In this document: one piece after another, positions 1 through 8,561 of the stretch
Layout: every line of letters begins with the position of its first letter
How positions within the stretch are numbered: position 1 is the first letter of the stretch
Origin: an uncultured archaeon
GTDB taxonomy: Archaea; Asgardarchaeota; Lokiarchaeia; Sigyniarchaeales; Promethearchaeaceae
Reading direction: 5' to 3'
Length of the DNA: 32,000 bases
NCBI GenBank assembly: GCA_964426185.1
Contig: CAYRPF010000006.1
Location: 42,711-74,710, forward strand
The notes under the pieces: model-generated
What the model saw: only the letters and a program-made list of their open reading frames with translations
Told to the model about the DNA's origin: nothing
Database searches by the model: none
Program-made: the position numbers and the translations under genes

Positions 1-1995
1 TCTGGGTATTTAATTAATAAATATAATTTACCAAATGCTGCTTCTGCAAAAACAAGAGCTGATGATGTAATGAAACTATTGATCGATGAGCATGATTCTG
101 GAAATTACTTCATTTTCAAAAATAATGCCTTCGATTACAAGCGTAACTTTGATTTAAGCGCCTCTTCTTCAGTAATGGATTTAAAAACTAATGCTTATGG
201 GATTTTAGCTTTGCTAGAATGGTTTCTTGCCGATGAATTGGTTGAGAATAGCAATTATTTGAGAGTAGAGAAAGCAGAAGCTATTTTCAACAATTTCTAT
301 CATCACCTTTGGAGTAATTCATATTCTCTTTTTATGAATACAATGTGGAAACCGGGAGCCAATATAGTAGTGCTTGATGATACAATCGATGTGGTTGCAA
401 ATTCAATTATGTTACTTGCAGTAGAGCGATTATATCAAATTACTGGGAATTTTTCATACTTTGAAATTGCTATGAAAATGTTCAACGGTTTAGAAAAGAA
501 CATGCGCGATTCGGCTTATGGAACTTATTATACATCAGTAAATGCTACTTCTGGGCAATATAATGATATAAAATCCTTAAAAACTCATGCAAATATAATC
601 AATGCTTACAATGAACTAAATGATTTTGGTCAACAATCTTCATTAACCTTAGATTTAAATCAAACCGAGTTTATCAAGGGTGAGGCTAATCCATTAAATG
701 TATCTGCTGAATATTTCTTGGATTTTACTTTATCTTCTGGTGATTTCACAAAACAAAAAATCTATGATATATTTAATGCAACCTTTTCATTTGTATTTCG
801 TGCTCCAAATGGAACAATAATTGAATCCCAAGAAATCTCCGGAAATAATTCTGGTAAATGCTTTGTTCTTTTCAATTTCGAAGATAATATGGAATTTGGT
901 GAATATCATGTCTCTCTTCGAGTGAATTATACTGGAATTTCGACTCAGTTTGCGTCTAGTGTCTTCAACTTGCAACCTGGCATTGAAATCGTTAATTTAA
1001 CTTTACAATCTTCAAAAATTCGATGTGGTGAGAATTTTAATGTTTCATTCCAAATCGATTCAGAAAAAATTACCAATATAACGGCTGATATTCAAATTGA
1101 AGGCGATTGGATCAATAACCAAACGATTTTCAATCAATTAATTCAAGCTGAGACTTTAAATAATTATAGTTTCACAGTTATTGTTGATCAAGTTGCTGAA
1201 TTTGGTAATTCAAATATAATTATCAAAATTCTCAATAATTCTCTGGAGTACGCAGAATCCTCAATTGAATATATGATCTATAGTTCGATTGAAATCATTT
1301 CCGTTCAACAGGTTGCCACCGTATTTCGTGCACGAAATTTTACAACTATTGTATCAGTTGAAAATAAAATGGGGTTTGCGGAATCCATAATAATGGAATT
1401 ATCAGGAGACAATATATCACCGATAAATTTGAGCCTTAATTTAGCCGCTTATCAAATAGAAACTGTTGAACTAACCTCTTTTGTTCAATTAGATACCTCT
1501 CTTGGGGATTTATCCTATGATTTCCAAATTTCTCGAAAATCCGATAATTCAGAGATTAAAACATATTCGCTTTCATCGAAAGTTAAAAACCCATTGGAAT
1601 TTCTCTACATTACTCCCCCAGAGAAAGCATACCAGTGGCGTCAGAATAGCATTATATGTTCAATTCAAAATAACATGGATGACCCCCAAGGAATTCAAGT
1701 ATATCTTAATGATCAATTAGTTTCCTCACTCTCTTCAGTAGCACCTGGGGAAAATATTCTCAGTATTCCAATTTCTAAAACCTTGCGAAATCCTTATGAA
1801 CTTGGAATCAAATCGTTTAGAATTGAAATTTATGATAGTAATGGTTTGCTACTTTACCAAGATACCATTACTACTCAAGTTGAGCCTTCATTGGGGAGTA
1901 TCTTACTCGGATATGTTCTACCATTAGCAATTCCTATTATCGGAATTGTCATTGTAAAGCATATGGCTTTAGAAAATAAAAAAAGATTAATGTAA
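1..1995 (+). CDS. Large membrane-anchored surface glycoprotein, 5'-truncated: alpha/alpha-barrel (six-hairpin glycosidase-like) segment, then beta-rich Ig/CARDB-like domains and a C-terminal TM anchor
   Basis: Frame 1 is open from base 1 (SGYLINKYNLP...), so the ORF-track start at 70 is internal. Helical repeats (ANSIMLLAVERLYQITGNFSYFEIA...DSAYGTYY) resemble six-hairpin glycosidase-like proteins. Many N-x-S/T sequons. C-terminal hydrophobic helix ILLGYVLPLAIPIIGIVIV followed by basic tail NKKRLM. Confidence 0.7.
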   Translation, partial: SGYLINKYNLPNAASAKTRADDVMKLLIDEHDSGNYFIFKNNAFDYKRNFDLSASSSVMDLKTNAYGILALLEWFLADELVENSNYLRVEKAEAIFNNFYHHLWSNSYSLFMNTMWKPGANIVVLDDTIDVVANSIMLLAVERLYQITGNFSYFEIAMKMFNGLEKNMRDSAYGTYYTSVNATSGQYNDIKSLKTHANIINAYNELNDFGQQSSLTLDLNQTEFIKGEANPLNVSAEYFLDFTLSSGDFTKQKIYDIFNATFSFVFRAPNGTIIESQEISGNNSGKCFVLFNFEDNMEFGEYHVSLRVNYTGISTQFASSVFNLQPGIEIVNLTLQSSKIRCGENFNVSFQIDSEKITNITADIQIEGDWINNQTIFNQLIQAETLNNYSFTVIVDQVAEFGNSNIIIKILNNSLEYAESSIEYMIYSSIEIISVQQVATVFRARNFTTIVSVENKMGFAESIIMELSGDNISPINLSLNLAAYQIETVELTSFVQLDTSLGDLSYDFQISRKSDNSEIKTYSLSSKVKNPLEFLYITPPEKAYQWRQNSIICSIQNNMDDPQGIQVYLNDQLVSSLSSVAPGENILSIPISKTLRNPYELGIKSFRIEIYDSNGLLLYQDTITTQVEPSLGSILLGYVLPLAIPIIGIVIVKHMALENKKRLM

Positions 1996-2013
1996 ACTTA
2001 ACTATATAAAAAC

Positions 2014-3756
2014 GTGAAAAAAATGAATAGACAACAAAAATTATTGACATTATTTGTAAGCTTGGCAATTTGTGGGATAATTTTTCCAACATTAATTGGT
2101 GGTCATTCCTTTAATCCAAGTTATTCTCCATTAGCAGCAGCTGACGATGACATTTTCATAACTTCAGACGATGTTACTATTGATCGGACTACTATAAAAC
2201 GTGTTCTTCAATCGGTAAATATAACCTATAATAATTCTGGACCTCAATTGGATTCATCTGGATTTCAAGCCAACTTAACCTTTGTAGATGATTCTAGTCT
2301 TCTTTTATCCATGACAAACACCAGTAGTGCTCCTGATATTTGGTCTCTTGAATTTACACCCGATGCAGTAAATATAACTGGTGTTGTTCAAGTTTTTATC
2401 TTACCTACTGATGTAATTGGTGGTTTTACAAATGAAGTTCCTGATGCATCTTTCACAATTGAAAACAACTTACCTCATGTTTCAGTGCAAATGAATAAGA
2501 ATGAATACTATCGAAATGAAACTATTTCTCTCAATTTTTATCCATCTGATATTGAACAAGCCGTTGAAGAACTAAATTGGACCATTAGTTTATACCGTTC
2601 AGGATCTGGTTCTCCGATTGAAGTTTTTGTGGAAAATGCTTCGATATTTGAATATTCATATGTGATTTCAAATGATACTCAGTTAGGAACCTATTATATT
2701 AATGCCACTAGCTGGGATGCAGATGAACGTAACATTGATTTATACTATTTTGAAATTTTGAATAATATTCCTGTTATCGATGCTATTCAATTAGAAATCG
2801 ACGAAAGTTTATATGATGATGTAGAATCAACAGCAATCTCTGTTCTTCGAGGAGAAAATTTCATCTTACGCCTTAATGCAACAGATATAGATGGTAATTT
2901 CGAAAATTTCCGATTAACTATTACTGCAAATGATCCTTTATCTGGGGACGCTATTTTCTTTGGAGATTATAATGATATTTTACCGAATCTAACAGGAAAT
3001 TCTTGGTTATTTGAAAAAGATATTGTATTTCCTATTACCATAAATATTGGAATCACAGAGATGAATGTTGAATTACGTGAATATGCTTCCGATAATGAAA
3101 CATTATTGGATAAAACCAACCAAATTATAACATTTCAGCTCCAAAACAATGCTCCTGAAGTGAACCATGTATTCATAAATGGAATTTATGCAGAACCTTT
3201 ATCATTTACTGCTAGTGAGGTTTTAAATTTCACCTTTGATGTTGTAGATTCTGAAGATGAAAGTTTAATTGCTAAAAATCGTGAGAATCATAAAGAGATT
3301 TACGCCTATATTACTCTTATTTTCACTCATGATGCTTCAGGAATTCAAAAAGAATATACCATGCCATATCAATATGAAGAAAATGCTCTTTTCCAGTTAA
3401 ATACTTTCGAATTAGAAGCGGGAACGTGGTCAGTTCAAGTTATTCTTCAAGATACTGATGGATTAACCTCCGAGATTTCTGATCCTATTCTATTTGAAAT
3501 AGAATCAGCAAAAAGCGTCAATCCGATGATGTGGTTGATGTTCGCTATTGGAATTATTCTGGGTGGTGTGGTTATCTTTGCGGCAACCTATGCTACCTTG
3601 AAAATTAGAGTTATGCAGCAATCACGAATCTCCAGTAGTAATGAAGCGGAACTTCCTGAAGTAAGTGAAGAGAATGTTTCTCCAGCTGATAAAAACACAA
3701 AAGCCAAATCAAAGCCCGATACTAAAAAGGATAAGAAATTGGTTCGGAAGCTCTAA
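2014..3756 (+). CDS. Type I membrane surface glycoprotein with tandem Ig-like beta-sandwich domains
   Basis: N-terminal signal (KKMNRQQKLLTLFVSLAICGIIFPTLIG). Repeated linker motifs (TIENNLP, EILNNIP, QLQNNAP) with D-x-D/E motifs (PSDIE, ATDID, VVDSED). C-terminal TM (WLMFAIGIILGGVVIFAATYATL) and Lys-rich tail. Begins 18 bp after the upstream gene. Confidence 0.75.
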   Translation: MKKMNRQQKLLTLFVSLAICGIIFPTLIGGHSFNPSYSPLAAADDDIFITSDDVTIDRTTIKRVLQSVNITYNNSGPQLDSSGFQANLTFVDDSSLLLSMTNTSSAPDIWSLEFTPDAVNITGVVQVFILPTDVIGGFTNEVPDASFTIENNLPHVSVQMNKNEYYRNETISLNFYPSDIEQAVEELNWTISLYRSGSGSPIEVFVENASIFEYSYVISNDTQLGTYYINATSWDADERNIDLYYFEILNNIPVIDAIQLEIDESLYDDVESTAISVLRGENFILRLNATDIDGNFENFRLTITANDPLSGDAIFFGDYNDILPNLTGNSWLFEKDIVFPITINIGITEMNVELREYASDNETLLDKTNQIITFQLQNNAPEVNHVFINGIYAEPLSFTASEVLNFTFDVVDSEDESLIAKNRENHKEIYAYITLIFTHDASGIQKEYTMPYQYEENALFQLNTFELEAGTWSVQVILQDTDGLTSEISDPILFEIESAKSVNPMMWLMFAIGIILGGVVIFAATYATLKIRVMQQSRISSSNEAELPEVSEENVSPADKNTKAKSKPDTKKDKKLVRKL

Positions 3757-3820
3757 GATTTTTTTAATTTTTAGGTAAGATTTTTCTTTCTTTTTCAATG
3801 TTCTTTCTTCTTCTCCTAAA

Positions 3821-3925
3821 TTCTCATTTCATCATTTTCTAATGATATTGTGTGGTTTGTAATACTACATTGCATCAAAGTGGTGATAAATAGCACAATA
3901 TTACAGTGAAATGATGAAATGAGAA
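3821..3925 (+). other. Long imperfect inverted repeat / stem-loop between convergent genes
   Basis: 3821-3837 is the exact reverse complement of 3909-3925 (17 bp). 3843-3853 pairs with 3893-3903 allowing G-U. Inner hairpin tgtaat/attgca. Confidence 0.75.
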
Positions 3926-3964
3926 AAATTACGGGATGCATTCAGAAAAATGCAATTTTGGGTG

Positions 3965-4171
3965 TTAAATTAAATATCTGAATATATACTTGATGATTTT
4001 CTGACCGTTGGAAAAATATTCATCTGTATGTTCTTTAGCTATTTTTGGAATTATTTGTTCCCAAGTATAATCCAACACATCCGAAACACTATGAATTTGC
4101 CGTGATAATTGGGAAATTTCATTTACTAATCTTTCTGGGGCAATTTTTGCTCTTTTTGCTAATTCGGTCAT
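3965..4171 (-). CDS. Small helical hypothetical protein, possibly the last gene of the lipid operon
   Basis: 68-aa ORF 30 bp downstream of the activator gene on the same strand, with an SD-like GAGTGA upstream of the ATG. No recognisable family. Confidence 0.45.
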   Translation of the reverse strand: MTELAKRAKIAPERLVNEISQLSRQIHSVSDVLDYTWEQIIPKIAKEHTDEYFSNGQKIIKYIFRYLI

Positions 4172-4201
4172 TAATAATCACTCTTTAACAAATTGTGTAA
4201 A

Positions 4202-5329
4202 TTAATATACCGCCCATTTACCGCATCGATCTCCCCAACGAGCAACCAATTCTTTCTTCTTCTTTCCGTCTTTTTCATCTGTGTTGTGCATATAAACGGA
4301 TACAACTTCACATCGATTAGGACAACCTTGACATTGAAAAGTTTTAGTTTCAAAATCGAAATGTAATAAACCAAATCCACGAAATTGTGTTTTCCAACTA
4401 CCAGTCATTTTACGCGTGCGTTCTGCTTCTTCTTTCACTAATAATGCTGCACCATATGCTCCCATCATAATGTTTAATCCATCTTTGGGAACAATAACTT
4501 TCTTATGAAGTTCTTCTTCGAATGCTTTAATTAAACCTTCATTAAATGCCACACCACCTTGAAATAATATTGGTTCCTCAATTTCCTTTCCTTTACCAAC
4601 ATTATTAAGGTAATTTCGAACCAAAGCATCGCATAATCCCCGAATGATGCTTTCTTTTGTATATCCCATTTGAGCTTTGTGAATCATGTCTGATTCAGCA
4701 AAAACTCCGCATCGTCCTGCAATAGTGACATTTTCTTTAGCACGTAGAGCATAATCACCGAATTTTTCTATAGGAATTCCTAATCTGGTAGCTTGATGAT
4801 CTAAAAAACTCCCAGTTCCAGCAGCACAAACAGAATTCATAGCAAAATCTGCAACAATTCCATCTCGGAGAATAATAATTTTTGAATCTTGCCCTCCAAT
4901 CTCTAAAATGGTACGAACTTCAGGATAATAATGACTGGCGGCTACAGCATGGGCAATAATTTCAGTTTTTGCAATATCTCCACCTACTACACTTTTTATC
5001 AGATAGCGCGCCGAACCGGTGGTACCCACTCCAATAATGCGAATTTTTTCTAATATCCCACGTTCTTCTAGTTTTTTTTTTAATTGAGTCAACCCTTTTT
5101 TGGAAGATTCGATTGGACTACCTTGATTTCGTAACCAGAGGCGTTCTACGATATTTTCTTGTTCATCTAATAAGAGTATTTTGATAGATACCGATCCAAT
5201 ATCGATCCCCATATATACATTTCGGATCTTTTGAAATTTCCCTTGTTTATTGATTTGTATTTTGGATACTTCTGAATCAATTTGGACAGTAGTCGCAAGG
5301 TTAGTTTTTTCTAGCTCTGGTTTTTCCAT
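4202..5329 (-). CDS. ASKHA-family CoA-substrate activator ATPase (HgdC / BadF-BadG-BcrA-BcrD type) with C-terminal Cys cluster; PlsA/Ger activation-domain-like
   Basis: Motifs GIDIGS, GTTGSAR, EIIAH, ILEIGGQDSK, NSVCAAGTGSFL, RCGVFAESD, FQGGVA, MGAYGAAL. C-terminal CQGCPNRC...GDRC. Confidence 0.92.
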   Translation of the reverse strand: MEKPELEKTNLATTVQIDSEVSKIQINKQGKFQKIRNVYMGIDIGSVSIKILLLDEQENIVERLWLRNQGSPIESSKKGLTQLKKKLEERGILEKIRIIGVGTTGSARYLIKSVVGGDIAKTEIIAHAVAASHYYPEVRTILEIGGQDSKIIILRDGIVADFAMNSVCAAGTGSFLDHQATRLGIPIEKFGDYALRAKENVTIAGRCGVFAESDMIHKAQMGYTKESIIRGLCDALVRNYLNNVGKGKEIEEPILFQGGVAFNEGLIKAFEEELHKKVIVPKDGLNIMMGAYGAALLVKEEAERTRKMTGSWKTQFRGFGLLHFDFETKTFQCQGCPNRCEVVSVYMHNTDEKDGKKKKELVARWGDRCGKWAVY

Positions 5330-6618
5330 TAATTATCACTATCTTCCTTACTATTTTTTTCTGTGGCTTTCGTATTAAAAATCTCCGATAATAAAATATT
5401 GAAGTTATTGGCAATTGGGGTGAGTAATTCATCAAATAATGGATTTTTTTTAGCTTTTGAGAGGTGTTGATCATAAATTTTTCCAATTTCATGAGGTTCT
5501 TGGTATTTCCCTTTGAAGCGTGGATTTTCTTGGCGATTGGATTTCATTAAATCGATAAAACTTTCTAAACGTGTGCGCATCCCTTCGTATCCTGTATGTT
5601 CATCAATGCTATAGAACTGAATTGGTAAATAAAATGGATCAGGACTTTGCCCTTCTAGAATCCCACGCGCAGTGTTTTCAGGCATGCAAGTAAAAGGATA
5701 TAAATGAATAAAACCATCAAATCCCAGTTGCTGGGCTTCAATATAATGTCCTACTACCCACATGGCTTCTCCTCCAATATCTAAAGGAATGTAAGGTTTT
5801 GAAAAACGTTCTAACTTTTTTCGTTCTAAATTAATGTGCAACTTATGAAGAATCCAGTCATATAAGCTATTTGCTAAATGGACTTCAATCCCTTCTTCTC
5901 CAAATTTCCGAACAATATCCATATTTACGAAAGGTTCCATGACTATATGATTTTCTCCCGTTACTACAATCCGTAAAGGTTCAATATCCCTTTTAATTGG
6001 AATTTTTCGGAATTCTTCTTGGATAATTTGGCTGAAATTATGAAGTTTATATAAATCCCACTCCTCATCCAGTCGATCCATTAATATTTTCACAGTTTGG
6101 GTTGTATTTCCTTTATGAATTTCTCTACATCGTACTAAGCCCTCTAAACGAGTTATATCTGCAATATGGCTCATTTTTGATAGGGCTAAGCGGGTACAGT
6201 TGATTATGTCAAAATATTTCATGAGTGGATCTGTTATGTTTGTCAATTGAAGCAGAGTTTTCGTCCATTTGAAATTAAGCAGGTTATCTTGTTGTATAGG
6301 AATGATTTCTACATCGTATCCTAAATCTTTTAAGATTTTTTCTTGAATTGGGGCATAAAATCCAAGCCGACACGGACCACAATCGATTGACATCACAAAA
6401 GTATGAATATCGTGATTTTTAATCATGTTAATGAATTCACCTAATGTCACCTTGAAAGGAAAGCAGACGAATTCCGGTGAAACTTTGGCTCCCATTTTTA
6501 TTACGTCACGGGTTACAGGTGGTGGTGGAAACACTGTCACTCCTGGTAATTTCTCAAATAGTGCTCGAAATGCAATTCGACTCCAGCCCATAGAAGGAAA
6601 ACTTATTAATTTGCCCAT
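5329..6618 (-). CDS. 2-hydroxyacyl-CoA dehydratase-like Fe-S subunit (PlsR / C-terminal reductase-domain-like)
   Basis: Motifs SPEFVCFPFKVTLG, CGPCRLGFY, VVTGENH, YPFTCMPE, DEHTGYEGMRTRLESF. TAATG overlap with the activator gene. Confidence 0.82.
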   Translation of the reverse strand: MGKLISFPSMGWSRIAFRALFEKLPGVTVFPPPPVTRDVIKMGAKVSPEFVCFPFKVTLGEFINMIKNHDIHTFVMSIDCGPCRLGFYAPIQEKILKDLGYDVEIIPIQQDNLLNFKWTKTLLQLTNITDPLMKYFDIINCTRLALSKMSHIADITRLEGLVRCREIHKGNTTQTVKILMDRLDEEWDLYKLHNFSQIIQEEFRKIPIKRDIEPLRIVVTGENHIVMEPFVNMDIVRKFGEEGIEVHLANSLYDWILHKLHINLERKKLERFSKPYIPLDIGGEAMWVVGHYIEAQQLGFDGFIHLYPFTCMPENTARGILEGQSPDPFYLPIQFYSIDEHTGYEGMRTRLESFIDLMKSNRQENPRFKGKYQEPHEIGKIYDQHLSKAKKNPLFDELLTPIANNFNILLSEIFNTKATEKNSKEDSDN

Positions 6619-6633
6619 TAGAATTTCTCCGTT

Positions 6634-7716
6634 TTATTTGTTATAAGGTTCGTTTGATTTTGTTTCTAAGAGATGTGAGTATTTTTTTCTGCGGATCATA
6701 TCTACAAATGATTCTATCCGTGTTACCATTCCAGATTCACCCGAATGTTCATCGAGAATTAAAGTTAAGAATGGAATTTTGCGGGTTTTCATATCTCGCA
6801 TTACTAATTCTTCTATAAGACTATCTGGACCACATGAAAAAGAAATCAGAAAAATAACTCCATCGATTTCACTTTTTCCCTCTGTTAAGTAATATCTAGC
6901 GGTTTTTAGAATTTCATCTTCACTCTGCCAATATTGTTCATAGATTTTATTAATTTTTACTGGTTTTTTGAATTTTTCTGGATGAGTATCTTCAATTGTT
7001 AAAATACGGCAATCTAATGTTTTCAATCGTTCAATAAGATGCATATTAATATAAGATTCATAGACATTGTAGGGGTGTCCCAGAAGAAGAATAGAAAGAG
7101 GAAATTTTCCTCGAATTTTTTCAGCAATCATTTCATGAAATTTTCTTTTTTTAAGAACATGGCTTGGATTTTCATCGAAACTTGCTAAGATATCCAAGTA
7201 ATTAGTAGAATTCATCTGGGATTGCAGTTCTTTAAATTTTTTGAGAGCAATTACCCAAGTTTTCCCCGAATCTTCAGCTGAATATCCTAATTCTTTTCCC
7301 ATATTGATAGCGCCCTCAATTCCGTATTGCTTTTTTGCATTAACTTCAAGTGTTAATATTGGAACTGGTAATTTCATTCCATATTTGATGGTTTCAGGCA
7401 ATGTCAAGAATTTTGGGCAATAATATTGATTATGATGAATGGAAACATATCGAGGGATGAAAATATAATCTAAATCTGGGTTTTCTTCAAGAAGGGCATG
7501 CACATGTCCGAAATATAGCTTCATCGGAACGCAAAGTTCGGAAACTGCTTGTTTTGCTCCAAATTCCACTATTTTGGCTGTAGTTGGTGGAGAAATTACT
7601 ACTTCACATTGAAATTGGCGGAGTAAATATATCCATAATGGACCATAGCGGTAAAAATAAAGTGCTCTCGGGATCCCTACTTTTAATTTTCGTATGAAAT
7701 TCTCATTTTCTACCAT
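6634..7716 (-). CDS. DUF2229 (CoA-enzyme activase-associated) dehydratase/reductase-like Fe-S subunit
   Basis: Motifs KVGIPRALYFY, VVISPPT, SELCVPMKLYFGHV, YCPKF, LLGHPYN, SFSCGPD, DEHSGESGMVTRIESF. Confidence 0.85.
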   Translation of the reverse strand: MVENENFIRKLKVGIPRALYFYRYGPLWIYLLRQFQCEVVISPPTTAKIVEFGAKQAVSELCVPMKLYFGHVHALLEENPDLDYIFIPRYVSIHHNQYYCPKFLTLPETIKYGMKLPVPILTLEVNAKKQYGIEGAINMGKELGYSAEDSGKTWVIALKKFKELQSQMNSTNYLDILASFDENPSHVLKKRKFHEMIAEKIRGKFPLSILLLGHPYNVYESYINMHLIERLKTLDCRILTIEDTHPEKFKKPVKINKIYEQYWQSEDEILKTARYYLTEGKSEIDGVIFLISFSCGPDSLIEELVMRDMKTRKIPFLTLILDEHSGESGMVTRIESFVDMIRRKKYSHLLETKSNEPYNK

Positions 7717-8541
7717 TTAATTTATACTCCCTGATTGATTCTCCTTTTTTCTATCTTCAACTTCAGCCCATAAGTCTGTCCATAAGCTTTTGATTTTTCG
7801 TTTTACTTTTTTGTTAATTTTCTCTAAAAGCCGATAATCTAACTCGTGACTTTCTTTAAAGAGAGAATCGGGCAATAACGGTTTCCCAAAGCGAAGCAAA
7901 ATTTTCCCTTTAATGGCAGGAATTTTCATCTTTGGACCAAAAACACGATCTGTTCCGAAAATTGCTAAAGGAATTATAGGTACACGACTTTCAAACGCAA
8001 CACGAATATATTCTGGATAAAAGGGTAATAGATTTCCATTTCCTCGATTGGGTCGCATTTCAGGATATAGGATTATCCATTTATGTTGTTCCAAGTGTTC
8101 AATACATTCTTCTATGGCATTTTCTTCTAAATCTGCAGTACGTGAGAAAATAGCTTGATTGATTCGTACAAGATTCATCATCATGGAATCCACCCCTAAT
8201 CTCATAGGGAGAACATGATATGGAATTTTTTTCATCTTATGCATAATACTAATCCCACAAATGATGGGATCTAAAACTGACTGAAAATTTGCAACAAATA
8301 ACGCTCCTTTTGAAGTAAATGTTTCTAAATGCTCTATATCAGAAATTTCCAAACCATATTGCGTAGTAAAAAGCCTCCATAAAAGCGGTTCTTCAATACC
8401 TCGAAGAAAAAGACCGTCAATTGCTTCTAAATATCCAATTTTTTTTGTCACTTGTCGAAGGCCGTAGATATTATTATTCAGAGGGTCAATAATATATTTT
8501 CTAAGGAAATCCATACCGAAATTTTCCGTCATTGTAAACAC
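7717..8541 (-). CDS. PlsC-fold lysophospholipid acyltransferase paralogue with degenerate catalytic motifs
   Basis: GALFVANFQSVLDP (His of HX4D replaced by Phe), LYPEMRP (vs FPEGTR), VPIIPLAIFGT, LRFGKPL. Stop abuts the next start codon. Confidence 0.8.
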   Translation of the reverse strand: MFTMTENFGMDFLRKYIIDPLNNNIYGLRQVTKKIGYLEAIDGLFLRGIEEPLLWRLFTTQYGLEISDIEHLETFTSKGALFVANFQSVLDPIICGISIMHKMKKIPYHVLPMRLGVDSMMMNLVRINQAIFSRTADLEENAIEECIEHLEQHKWIILYPEMRPNRGNGNLLPFYPEYIRVAFESRVPIIPLAIFGTDRVFGPKMKIPAIKGKILLRFGKPLLPDSLFKESHELDYRLLEKINKKVKRKIKSLWTDLWAEVEDRKKENQSGSIN

Positions 8542-8561
8542 TTCCCAAACATGCAGTAAAA

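Noticed and set aside
1960-3756. Eukaryotic dilysine ER-retrieval or PTS1 signals in the tails KKRLM and VRKL
   Set aside because: Positions do not match KKxx/KxKxx or [SAC]KL; the positive-inside rule explains the basic residues.
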